DNA of 61,960 bases from an uncultured Pseudomonadota bacterium (lineage in GTDB: Bacteria > Pseudomonadota > Alphaproteobacteria > RF32 > CAG-239): positions 1 to 61,960 of the forward strand of contig CABUWG010000004.1 in NCBI GenBank assembly GCA_902495305.1, written 5' to 3'. This document shows positions 9,560 to 17,366 of this stretch, piece after piece. The translations under genes were made by a program, and so were the position numbers. Numbering within the stretch: position 1 is the first letter of the stretch; each line of letters opens with the position of its first letter. The notes under the pieces were generated by a model. The model was not told the DNA's origin and made no database searches. It saw only the letters and a program-made list of their open reading frames with translations.

Positions 9560-9775
9560 CTATTCGTTCCTTTTTGTCGCAGCTTTTTCTTTTTTTTATT
9601 TTGAGGTTTTGTTTTTTCATATAGTTGGTTTCTTCTTTCTTACTTTTGCTTGACCAAAAGTAAGCAAAAGTCAAGCCCAACCTCATTTTCTAAGCTTTCA
9701 GCCCAAAGTTAAGGTCGCTACGCTCCATTACCCTTTGCTTAATTATCATCTCTTTGGGCCAAAAGCTAAGAAATC
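9560..9775. repeat. intergenic repeat family E, copy 1
   Basis: It shares blocks with 61690..61915: ttttttcatatagttggtt, a 10-bp hairpin (9639..9664), tttctaagctttca, gtcgctacgctcca and aaaagctaagaa. Confidence 0.6.
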
Positions 9776-9932
9776 ATTCGGTAATCGGGTGGGGCTAACT
9801 CCCCCTGTCCCCCTCTTAACAAAGAGGGGGAAATATGTAGAACTTTCGGTTTTTACTCTAAAACCTAAGCTATTTGCAAAGGGCACCCCAGTCGTGCCGG
9901 ATGAGAGGAATGTGCTTCAAAGAAAAAGCAAC

Positions 9933-10238
9933 GTCATTCTGAGTGCAACGAAGAATCCAGTCAGATAAATCAGCTATATTATTAAACTGGATCCTTCGCT
10001 TCGCTCAGGATGACAAAGAAAGAGGCTCAGAATGACCCGTGCGACGGGTGGCGGTCGGGAGGCCGACGGCCGTTAGTTGTCAGCTCACTGCCTAGAGGGT
10101 CGCATTGCTATGGCGAAATGTGTGGGAGAGGAAGTGCTTTGAAGCACTGTCATTCTCGGGCTTGACCCGAGAATCCATAAAGATAATAGCACTGTACTTG
10201 TTTCCTTATGGATTGCCGGATCGAAGTCCGGCAATGAC
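9933..10238. repeat. cluster of short GTCATT...AATCC-type hairpin elements and other short repeats
   Basis: Copies lie at 9933..9960, 9987..10014 (inverted), 10025..10036 (partial), 10149..10176 and 10210..10238 (inverted). Direct repeats of gctNtggcgaaatgYgtgggagaggaagtgctttgaagc lie at about 10104..10148 and 10336..10380. Confidence 0.6.
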
Positions 10239-10458
10239 CTGCACGGCAGGTGCGCGGCAATGTCATCAGCAATGTGCTCCAGAAACCGCGGCCGAACGTC
10301 GGCGACGGTCGGTTTGTACAGTGCCTTGAAACCCGCGTTGCTGTGGCGAAATGCGTGGGAGAGGAAGTGCTTTGAAGCCTAACTCCCCCTCTTAGCAAAG
10401 AGGAGGAAAAAGAAAGGTGCTCTGGCGGGGGTTGTGGGGAAGGATGTACTTTGAAATG

Positions 10459-10486
10459 AAAAAAGCGGGAGAGTGTCCCGCTTTTT
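10459..10486 (-). terminator. intrinsic terminator after the XRE gene
   Basis: Hairpin agcggga/tcccgct (10464..10470 with 10476..10482). It is flanked by an A-run and a T-run and starts 2 nt after the stop codon at 10488..10490. Confidence 0.6.
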
Positions 10487-10487
10487 C

Positions 10488-10748
10488 TTATTGCCATGGA
10501 GAGGTTTGGGCATCGGACAATTTGATATCAAACACCTTGTCGAAGAAAGAGAACAAATATACGTATTCATCCATACGCAGGTTGCCCTTATTTTTCCTTA
10601 ATCTTTCTATTTTTCCTTCCAAAAAGTCTATATGATTAGACAGCTCGGCGCTTGTCAAACCCCGTTCCGTCATTATCCGGTCTAATTCCTGATTACAATA
10701 AGCCCGAAAGTTCTTATACCATTTTTTTCTATATTCTCTTGATAACAT
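10488..10748 (-). CDS. small XRE/Cro-type HTH protein (86 aa)
   Basis: The segment LDRIMTERGLTSAELSNHIDFLEGKIERLRKNKGNLRMDEY fits an HTH_3-like helix-turn-helix. AAGGAG lies upstream of the ATG. There is a second copy at the window start. Confidence 0.75.
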   Translation of the reverse strand: MLSREYRKKWYKNFRAYCNQELDRIMTERGLTSAELSNHIDFLEGKIERLRKNKGNLRMDEYVYLFSFFDKVFDIKLSDAQTSPWQ

Positions 10749-10773
10749 TTTATTTTAGCTCCTTGATTTTGTT

Positions 10774-10927
10774 AAAACAAAACCACCCGATAAAGGGTGG
10801 CGGAGCTAGAAAACTGCGATAAATCAGTCACCGTTATTCGCCCGCAAAGCGGCTTATTTCCGGTACTCCGCCAAATGCGGAATTTATCGAGATGTTTTCT
10901 AGACACCACAGTCCGTCTCCGGACTGC
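10774..10927 (-). ncRNA. candidate structured leader RNA, copy 2 (three-way junction plus intrinsic terminator) upstream of the XRE gene
   Basis: 5' hairpin CAGUCCG-GAGA-CGGACUG. Outer helix pairs 10902..10894 with 10814..10806. Inner helix CGAUAAA/UUUAUCG closes the junction. Hairpin UCCGC-AUUUG-GCGGA is present. Terminator CCACCC-UUUAUC-GGGUGG plus UUUUGUUUU lies at 10800..10774. Covariation with copy 1 supports the fold. Confidence 0.6.
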
Positions 10928-10934
10928 GAGGTTT

Positions 10935-10962
10935 ATAATAAACGAATCTATGGTTTTTGCAA
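10935..10962 (-). promoter_or_regulatory. sigma70-like promoter for the leader RNA (copy 2)
   Basis: Minus strand has TTGCAA (10962..10957), a 16-nt spacer and TATTAT (10940..10935). It starts 11 nt after the mnmE stop. Confidence 0.45.
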
Positions 10963-10972
10963 GCGGATTTTA

Positions 10973-12316
10973 TTATTTGCCTATACAGAAATCACCAAAT
11001 ATCTTATCCAAAATATCATCGACTTCAATGCGGCCGGTGATTTTGCCCAAAGCCCGTGCAGCCAGACGAACATCTTCCGCCGTCAATTCTATTTCTTTGC
11101 CAAAGCTGAAATTCTGTAGATTATCCATAACTTCCTGCAAAGCTTCACGGTAACGGCTGCGGGTTATCAGCAGGTTGGAATTAGAGGTGAAACGTTCACA
11201 AATAAAGTTATAAATCTCATCAAGGATTTGTGAAATACCTTCCTTTTGTTTGGCAGAAATCAAAATACATCCTTGTTTTTGCAATTCAGAACACTGTTCA
11301 GAAGTTAATTTATCACATTTATTTGCAACAAGCAGCGTATTGTTTTTAAACGAATTTCTAATATTATCAAAGATTTGAACACTATCTTTATCAGCATCAA
11401 ATAAACATATGATATAATCAGCCGATTTTATCTTGCCGTAAGCAATTTCAATGCCTTTTTTCTCAATTTCCTCATTTGCTTCCCGCAGGCCGGCGGTATC
11501 GGTAAACATAACCGGATAGCCTTTAATATCCAGATGAATATCTATGGCATCGCGGGTTGTACCGGCAATGTCCGAAACAATTACGGCTTCACGATTGGCA
11601 ACGGCGTTCAGCAGGCTTGATTTTCCGGCGTTCGGCGGCCCGACAATCACAACCCGAAAACCTTCGCGCAGGCGTTCACCGATATTATCACCTTTTAAAT
11701 GATTATGAACGCTGTTTTCTAGTTTAAATACATTGTTTTTCATATCGGACATCACGCTGCTGGGGATTTCTTCTTCCGGAAAATCGATAAATGCCTCAAG
11801 GTGGGCCAGAATTTTCAGCAGTTGTTCCCGCCAATCATCGTACAGGTTCTTCAAACCGCCTTCCATCTGGCGCATGGCATATTTTTGCTGTTCCGAGGTT
11901 TCTGCGTCAATAAGGTCTGCCAAGCCTTCGGCTTCGGTCAAATCCATTTTGCCGTTATAAAATGCCCGTTTGGAAAATTCTCCCGGTTCGGCCATGCGGT
12001 AACCTTCCAACTCCGAAAGGCCGGAAAGGACTCCGGAAATTACGGCCTTGGAGCCATGAGTCTGGATTTCGACAATATCTTCTCCGGTAAAAGAATTCGG
12101 CGCCTTAAAATACAAAATAAGGCATTTATCGAGCGTATTGCCGTTTTTGACATCTTTGAGGCTGACAAAATAAGCATAGCGCGGTTTGATTGCCGTGGTG
12201 TCCAGATTTGTCATTGCTTTGACTGCGGCGAGGGCATTGCTGCCGGAAATGCGGATGACCGCAACGCCGGATTTGCCATAAACCGTCGAAAGGGCATAAA
12301 TTGTCTTATTGTCCAT
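10973..12316 (-). CDS. mnmE: tRNA modification GTPase MnmE/TrmE
   Basis: G-domain GPPNAGKSSLLN and DTAG motifs, with C-terminal CIGK. I chose the ATG at 12316 (GAGG RBS 6 nt upstream) over the TTG at 12328. Confidence 0.95.
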   Translation of the reverse strand: MDNKTIYALSTVYGKSGVAVIRISGSNALAAVKAMTNLDTTAIKPRYAYFVSLKDVKNGNTLDKCLILYFKAPNSFTGEDIVEIQTHGSKAVISGVLSGLSELEGYRMAEPGEFSKRAFYNGKMDLTEAEGLADLIDAETSEQQKYAMRQMEGGLKNLYDDWREQLLKILAHLEAFIDFPEEEIPSSVMSDMKNNVFKLENSVHNHLKGDNIGERLREGFRVVIVGPPNAGKSSLLNAVANREAVIVSDIAGTTRDAIDIHLDIKGYPVMFTDTAGLREANEEIEKKGIEIAYGKIKSADYIICLFDADKDSVQIFDNIRNSFKNNTLLVANKCDKLTSEQCSELQKQGCILISAKQKEGISQILDEIYNFICERFTSNSNLLITRSRYREALQEVMDNLQNFSFGKEIELTAEDVRLAARALGKITGRIEVDDILDKIFGDFCIGK

Positions 12317-12514
12317 TTGTAACCTCAAAGATAAAAAAGTTTTTCCGTTTTAGTTATAATTCAACCAAAAAATTTGGCAAGTTTTAAAATCAGGCGATTT
12401 TTTGACCGCAGAGCGCTTTTTTACCTGTTGTTAACAAATCTATCATAGAATCGTTCAAAATCCTCTGTATGGGCTTTATACGGACTCGATTTTTAACCAC
12501 TGAAAGTTAGCAAT

Positions 12515-13192
12515 ATGATTATAAATAAACCAAAGCTTATTATATGGGATTTTGACGGCGTTATCTCCGACACCGAGCATTTATGGCTGACTAATTGGCA
12601 AATTCTTTTGAAGAAGCGGCTGGGCATTGACTGGGATTTTGAAACCGTTAACTTACATCTGGGCGGAATGAGCCCGAAGACGAAGATTGAGAATTTAGCC
12701 AAGCTTGGCATTGTCATTGACAATGATTTTATTGACGAACTGAAAATTCTTGACTGGCAGGCCATGGAAAAAATGTTGCCGGTTGACGGTGTGGAAAGCA
12801 TTTTTGAACTGGAAGCGTTTGCACAATGCATTGCAACCGGCGGCAACCGCGACAAAACGGAAAAAAAACTCGACGTCTTAGGCTTTAATCATTATTTTCA
12901 GCCGGAATGCATTTTTACGGCTCAACAGGTGGAGCATGGCAAGCCGGAGCCGGATTTGTTTTTATTTGCCGCCCGACAAATGGGATATCAGCCTGAAGAC
13001 TGCGTTGTGATTGAAGATTCCCTTGCCGGCCTGACGGCAGCCCAAAAGGCGGAAATGACCGCTTTTGCTTATCTTGGCTGCCCGATGAACAATCATCCCG
13101 CTTATATTGAGAAAGTAAAAGCAATCGGCATAAAAAACATCTTTTTTGATATGAAAGACGTTAAAAAGGCTCTGCTTTCAATAATATCTTGA
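12515..13192 (+). CDS. HAD-superfamily hydrolase (beta-phosphoglucomutase-like subfamily IA)
   Basis: 225 aa with motif I WDFDGVISDTE and a later EDS..G motif. Confidence 0.85.
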   Translation: MIINKPKLIIWDFDGVISDTEHLWLTNWQILLKKRLGIDWDFETVNLHLGGMSPKTKIENLAKLGIVIDNDFIDELKILDWQAMEKMLPVDGVESIFELEAFAQCIATGGNRDKTEKKLDVLGFNHYFQPECIFTAQQVEHGKPEPDLFLFAARQMGYQPEDCVVIEDSLAGLTAAQKAEMTAFAYLGCPMNNHPAYIEKVKAIGIKNIFFDMKDVKKALLSIIS

Positions 13193-13296
13193 ACCGTAGA
13201 CAAAATTATGATAAAATAAAATCCTAATTTTTATTATAATCTTTATTATTAACCGCTGAAGGAATTATGATTCCGGAGGCATAAAATTTATAAAAT

Positions 13297-14994
13297 ATGT
13301 TAGTATATGCCTTGTTTGCCCTGTTTACCGGGGTTATTGCCGGTTTGTTAATGGAGGAAATAACTGAAAAAATTATCTTCAGCATCATTGGCGCTGTTGT
13401 AGTTTTTTTAGTATGTATAACATTTTTGCCGACAATTAATTTCAATTTTTGGGCTCCTTATCTCATTATTGCCGCGATGGTATTTCTTTCATTTATCATC
13501 GGGGACGATAAAAATGTTCGTGCCTATATTGTAACTTTTACTGCTATCGTATGTGCACTCGCTACACTTTTCTTTGCTTCGCTTCCGATATTCAGAAGCA
13601 AATCGTATCGTGAGATTTTGAAAGTAACAAACGTCAGTGACTCGATGTTTGTGAACAAAATCAAAGCAATAGACGTAAAAAGTATGGTATCTGTCGACAA
13701 GCAATTTGCCTTGAAATATGCAAATTCGCTGGTAGGCAACATTCCGGGACTGGGATCCAGAGTAGAAGTTGTTGATGCATTCCGTCAGACACTGAACGGG
13801 ACGCTGGTTATTGACGGCAAAGACGTTGTTTTTCAAAATCAGACCGTGTGGGTTGCCCCGCTGGAGCACAGAAGCTTTTTCAAATGGTTTTATAACGGAC
13901 ATACGCCCGGTTACATCATTGTTGATGCAACACAGGAGAATAAAGCCTATCTGGTAACGAATCTGAATAATGAGGATTTGGAACTTAAATATCTGGAAAG
14001 CGCTTTTTGGATGGCCGATATTGAAAGATATCTGAAGTACAACGGTTATGTGACCAGCGGACTGAACGATATTGATTTTGAAATTGACAACAGCGGCAGG
14101 CCTTATCAGGTTGTGACCACTTACAAGCCGACAATCGGGTTTGGCGGTAAGGTTGCAAACGGCGTTGTGACGATTGATGTTCAGACCGGAGATATCAAAC
14201 ACTATTCGATTGACGAAGCTCCGGAATGGATTGAAAGAATCCAGCCGGCAGAGTTTATCCGCGAATATGTTGATGATTACGGCAAGTATGTTCACGGTTT
14301 CTGGAATACTGTCTTTAGCGAAACAGACGTTATCAGAGCCGGAAATCAGGTCACGATTATTGATGATGCGGACAACAGCTACTGGTATGTCAGTCTGGTT
14401 TCGGCTAATTCCCATGATGATTCTTCCTGCGGGTTTATGTTGGTCGATACCCGAACAAAGGAGGCTTATCGCTTTGATATTCCGGGGATAAACGAGGTAA
14501 AGGCAGAAAATATTATCGAAGGTATAAAAATGGACGGCACGCAGGTTAATGCGACATCGCCCATTCCTTATAATATTTACGGTATTCCGACATATTTTAT
14601 GACTTTGCGCAGCGCGGAAAGCGGAGAATTTATCGGATATGCCCTCTGTTCAAGACAGGACAGAACCTGCTATGCTATTGGCAAAACCAGAGAAGAAGTT
14701 GAAAATCTTTATATCAAAACCGTCAGAAATAAAGGCAATAAAATAAACAGTTTTGCTGATTCTGACGAAGCCGGAAATTTTACCGTTCAAAAAGTTTGTT
14801 TTGAAAACGGAAAATATTTCTTTATTTTCAACGAAGTATCAAATATTGAATTTTCTGCCGGCAGCGATGTGTCAAAAGAACTAAAATGGTCTGAGCCGGG
14901 TGATACCGTCAAAATATCTTACCGCAAAAGTGATGACAATACTTATGTGGTCTCAAAATTTGACAATACAAAATATCATCTTGATTTGGACTAA
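13297..14994 (+). CDS. hypothetical membrane-anchored protein (565 aa), N-terminal TM helices plus large soluble domain
   Basis: Long uninterrupted ORF. The first ~100 aa are hydrophobic. I recognise no family motif. Confidence 0.75.
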   Translation: MLVYALFALFTGVIAGLLMEEITEKIIFSIIGAVVVFLVCITFLPTINFNFWAPYLIIAAMVFLSFIIGDDKNVRAYIVTFTAIVCALATLFFASLPIFRSKSYREILKVTNVSDSMFVNKIKAIDVKSMVSVDKQFALKYANSLVGNIPGLGSRVEVVDAFRQTLNGTLVIDGKDVVFQNQTVWVAPLEHRSFFKWFYNGHTPGYIIVDATQENKAYLVTNLNNEDLELKYLESAFWMADIERYLKYNGYVTSGLNDIDFEIDNSGRPYQVVTTYKPTIGFGGKVANGVVTIDVQTGDIKHYSIDEAPEWIERIQPAEFIREYVDDYGKYVHGFWNTVFSETDVIRAGNQVTIIDDADNSYWYVSLVSANSHDDSSCGFMLVDTRTKEAYRFDIPGINEVKAENIIEGIKMDGTQVNATSPIPYNIYGIPTYFMTLRSAESGEFIGYALCSRQDRTCYAIGKTREEVENLYIKTVRNKGNKINSFADSDEAGNFTVQKVCFENGKYFFIFNEVSNIEFSAGSDVSKELKWSEPGDTVKISYRKSDDNTYVVSKFDNTKYHLDLD

Positions 14995-15005
14995 CCTCAA
15001 AAAGA

Positions 15006-15041
15006 AGAGCCTTACTTTTACGGTAAGGCTCTTTGCTTTTT
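15006..15041. terminator. bidirectional intrinsic terminator between the 565-aa gene and rho
   Basis: Perfect 10-bp stem agagccttac/gtaaggctct (15006..15015 with 15023..15032). T-rich tracts flank it on both strands. Confidence 0.65.
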
Positions 15042-16295
15042 TTAAGAATTCATATTATTGAAAAAGTCGTCATTGTCTTTGCTCAGACGAAGCTTATCAA
15101 GCAGGAACTCCATGCCGTCGGTCATGCCCATTTGCATTAAGACGCGGCGCAAAACCCACATTTTGGACAAGCGGTCTTTATCAACCAGCAATTCTTCTTT
15201 ACGCGTTCCGGAACGGGTGATGTCAATGGTCGGGAACAAGCGTTTGTCGGTCAGCTTGCGGTCCAAAATAATCTCTGAGTTGCCGGTTCCTTTGAATTCT
15301 TCAAAAATAACCTCATCCATGCGCGAACCGGTATCAATCAGCGCCGTGGCGATAATGGTCAGGGAACCGCCTTCCTCTACATTACGGGCCGCGCCGAGCA
15401 GACGTTTCGGGCGTTGCAGGGCGTTGGCGTCCACACCACCGGTCAAAACCTTGCCTGATGATGGGATTACCGTATTATAAGCACGGCCGAGGCGGGTAAT
15501 GGAATCGAGCAGGATTACAACATCTTTTTTGGTTTCAACCAGCCTTTTGGCTTTTTCAATGACCATTTCGGCAACCTGAACGTGGCGGGAAGCCGGTTCA
15601 TCAAAGGTTGAGGAAATAACCTCGCCTTTAACGGAGCGGGTCATATCAGTCACTTCTTCCGGACGTTCGTCAATCAGCAGTACCATCAGGTAACATTCAG
15701 GGTGATTGGTTGCAATAGCGTGGGCAATGTTTTGCAGCATAACGGTTTTACCGGTACGCGGCGGTGCCACAATCAGGCCGCGCTGGCCTTTTCCCTGCGG
15801 AGAAATCAAGTCAATCACGCGGGTGGTATAGTCTTTTTCACCGCAGATGATGTCAAAATTGAGTTTTTTGGTCGGATAGAGCGGTGTCAAATTATCAAAA
15901 TTAACCCGAAGTTTGGATTTTTCCGGATCTTCAAAGTTAATGCTGTTGATTTTGGTGAGGGCAAAATAACGCTCGTTATCTTTCGGGGCACGAATTTCGC
16001 CTTCAACGGTATCGCCGGTTCTTAAGCCGAATTTTTTGACTTGTGACGGCGAAACATAGATATCGTCCGGCCCGGCCAGATAATTGGACTCCGCAGAACG
16101 TAAAAAACCGAAGCCGTCTTGCAGAACTTCGATTACACCGTCGCCGTAAATAATGTTGTCTTCATCAGCTACTTTTTTCAAAATAGCAAACATAAGGTCT
16201 TGTACCCGCATTGAGGAGGCATCGTCTATGCCTAAGTCTTCAGCCTGCGTCAGCAGCTCTTTGGGGGATTTTTGTTTGAGATCTTTTAAATTCAT
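15042..16295 (-). CDS. rho: transcription termination factor Rho
   Basis: 417 aa with N-terminal Rho domain, Walker A PPRTGKT and full-length similarity to Rho. Confidence 0.97.
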   Translation of the reverse strand: MNLKDLKQKSPKELLTQAEDLGIDDASSMRVQDLMFAILKKVADEDNIIYGDGVIEVLQDGFGFLRSAESNYLAGPDDIYVSPSQVKKFGLRTGDTVEGEIRAPKDNERYFALTKINSINFEDPEKSKLRVNFDNLTPLYPTKKLNFDIICGEKDYTTRVIDLISPQGKGQRGLIVAPPRTGKTVMLQNIAHAIATNHPECYLMVLLIDERPEEVTDMTRSVKGEVISSTFDEPASRHVQVAEMVIEKAKRLVETKKDVVILLDSITRLGRAYNTVIPSSGKVLTGGVDANALQRPKRLLGAARNVEEGGSLTIIATALIDTGSRMDEVIFEEFKGTGNSEIILDRKLTDKRLFPTIDITRSGTRKEELLVDKDRLSKMWVLRRVLMQMGMTDGMEFLLDKLRLSKDNDDFFNNMNS

Positions 16296-16766
16296 GATTA
16301 CCTTGAAATTTGGATAGGATTAATTATTTCCTTGGAAGGTAATTTTTTTATAGTATGTTCTTTGTAAGATGTCAAATGTTTGTTAAAAAAAATTATGAAC
16401 AGCCCCGCAGGGCAAACATTTAAATTTTAAAAAAGTTTTTGTTGTTTGTATATTCCTGTGAGTCTTGTGGATTATTTTTTATGCGCAGAGTTATCCAGAT
16501 GTTAATAATTTGTTAAGAGAATCGTTAAGACTTTATTAACCTTCGTTAAGAATCGTTTAAGAATCTTGTAAAGACTTTTTTAACCTTTTTTGAAAAAATT
16601 TTTTATCCAGAGGGTGGGGAAGGTGGTTTGTCCCTGTATATAACTTTTAGATATAAATTCTTTTTACGGTGATAAAATTGTATAACATCCTAAAAGGGGG
16701 CTGTTATCCACAGAAACGGCGTGTTTTGTGGATAAGACTCATAAGCCTTTGTTTTGGGAGAAAGAT
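16296..16766. other. candidate chromosomal replication origin (oriC)
   Basis: The region is gene-free and AT-rich. DnaA-box 9-mers: TTATCCACA 16704..16712, TGTGGATAA 16727..16735, TTATCCAGA 16491..16499 and 16603..16611, TGTGGATTA 16466..16474. TTAA-N7-TTAA (CtrA-type) sites: 16502..16516, 16525..16539 and 16546..16560. The flanking synteny is alphaproteobacterial origin synteny. Confidence 0.6.
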
Positions 16767-17351
16767 ATGAAGTTAGCTGCAATCACCGGATCTATCGGAT
16801 GTGGTAAAACAACACTGGCCGGATTGGCCAGAGAGCTCGGCTATGTGGTTTTTGACGTGGATCAATGGAGCCGGAAGCTTTATTCCTGTCCGGCGTATAT
16901 TGATAAAGTAGCAAATGTTTTTCCTGCCGTGATGGAAAACGGAAAGGTTAACAAGAAAAAACTGCGCAACTTGGTTTTTGGCAACAGGACGCAGCTTAAA
17001 AAGCTTGAGGCTATTGCTCATCCTTTTTTGAAACGCAAACTTATTGAAGCTGTCCGCAAAAATGCAAAATATGACGGGATTTTTGTTTTGGATGCGGCCT
17101 TGTTATTTGAAGCCGGATGGGATAAATACTGCGATTTGATTATTGTGGCCGATGTGGATTATGACACGCAAAAGCAAAGAGTGATGAAAAGGGACGGTAT
17201 TTCGGCCGAGGATTTTGATAAAATTAACAATATTCAGATGAGCAATGCCGAGAAAGCTGGGTTAGCCGATGTTGTTATTGATACCGACAGGCCTCTGAAT
17301 TTGTTGAAAACGGAGCTGCTTTGTATTATAGATGAATTGGCAGAAGCGTAA
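16767..17351 (+). CDS. coaE: dephospho-CoA kinase
   Basis: MKLAAITGSIGCGKTT P-loop at the N-terminus. GGGAGA RBS precedes the ATG at 16767. The track start 16728 (GTG) lies inside a DnaA box. Confidence 0.9.
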   Translation: MKLAAITGSIGCGKTTLAGLARELGYVVFDVDQWSRKLYSCPAYIDKVANVFPAVMENGKVNKKKLRNLVFGNRTQLKKLEAIAHPFLKRKLIEAVRKNAKYDGIFVLDAALLFEAGWDKYCDLIIVADVDYDTQKQRVMKRDGISAEDFDKINNIQMSNAEKAGLADVVIDTDRPLNLLKTELLCIIDELAEA

Positions 17352-17366
17352 GAAGGACTTTTATTA

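Noticed and set aside
9439-10570. Several 60-115-aa ORFs in the mnmG-XRE intergenic region (for example 9439..9624, 10105..10329, 10150..10497).
   Set aside because: They are made of polypyrimidine tracts and palindromic repeat copies, overlap each other on both strands and have no start context. They are read-through of repeat DNA.
13489-14415. 308-aa ORF antisense to the 565-aa gene. Similar long antisense ORFs occur at 32484..33545 (in pnp), 43132..43956 (hslVU), 56382..57173 (yicC/gmk), 59395..60114 (tyrC), 21047..21676 and 12493..12855.
   Set aside because: Each lies entirely opposite a gene with clear family motifs. They have low-complexity, Arg/Phe/Asn-rich composition and no RBS or motif. 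This is typical stop-poor antisense frames rather than genes.
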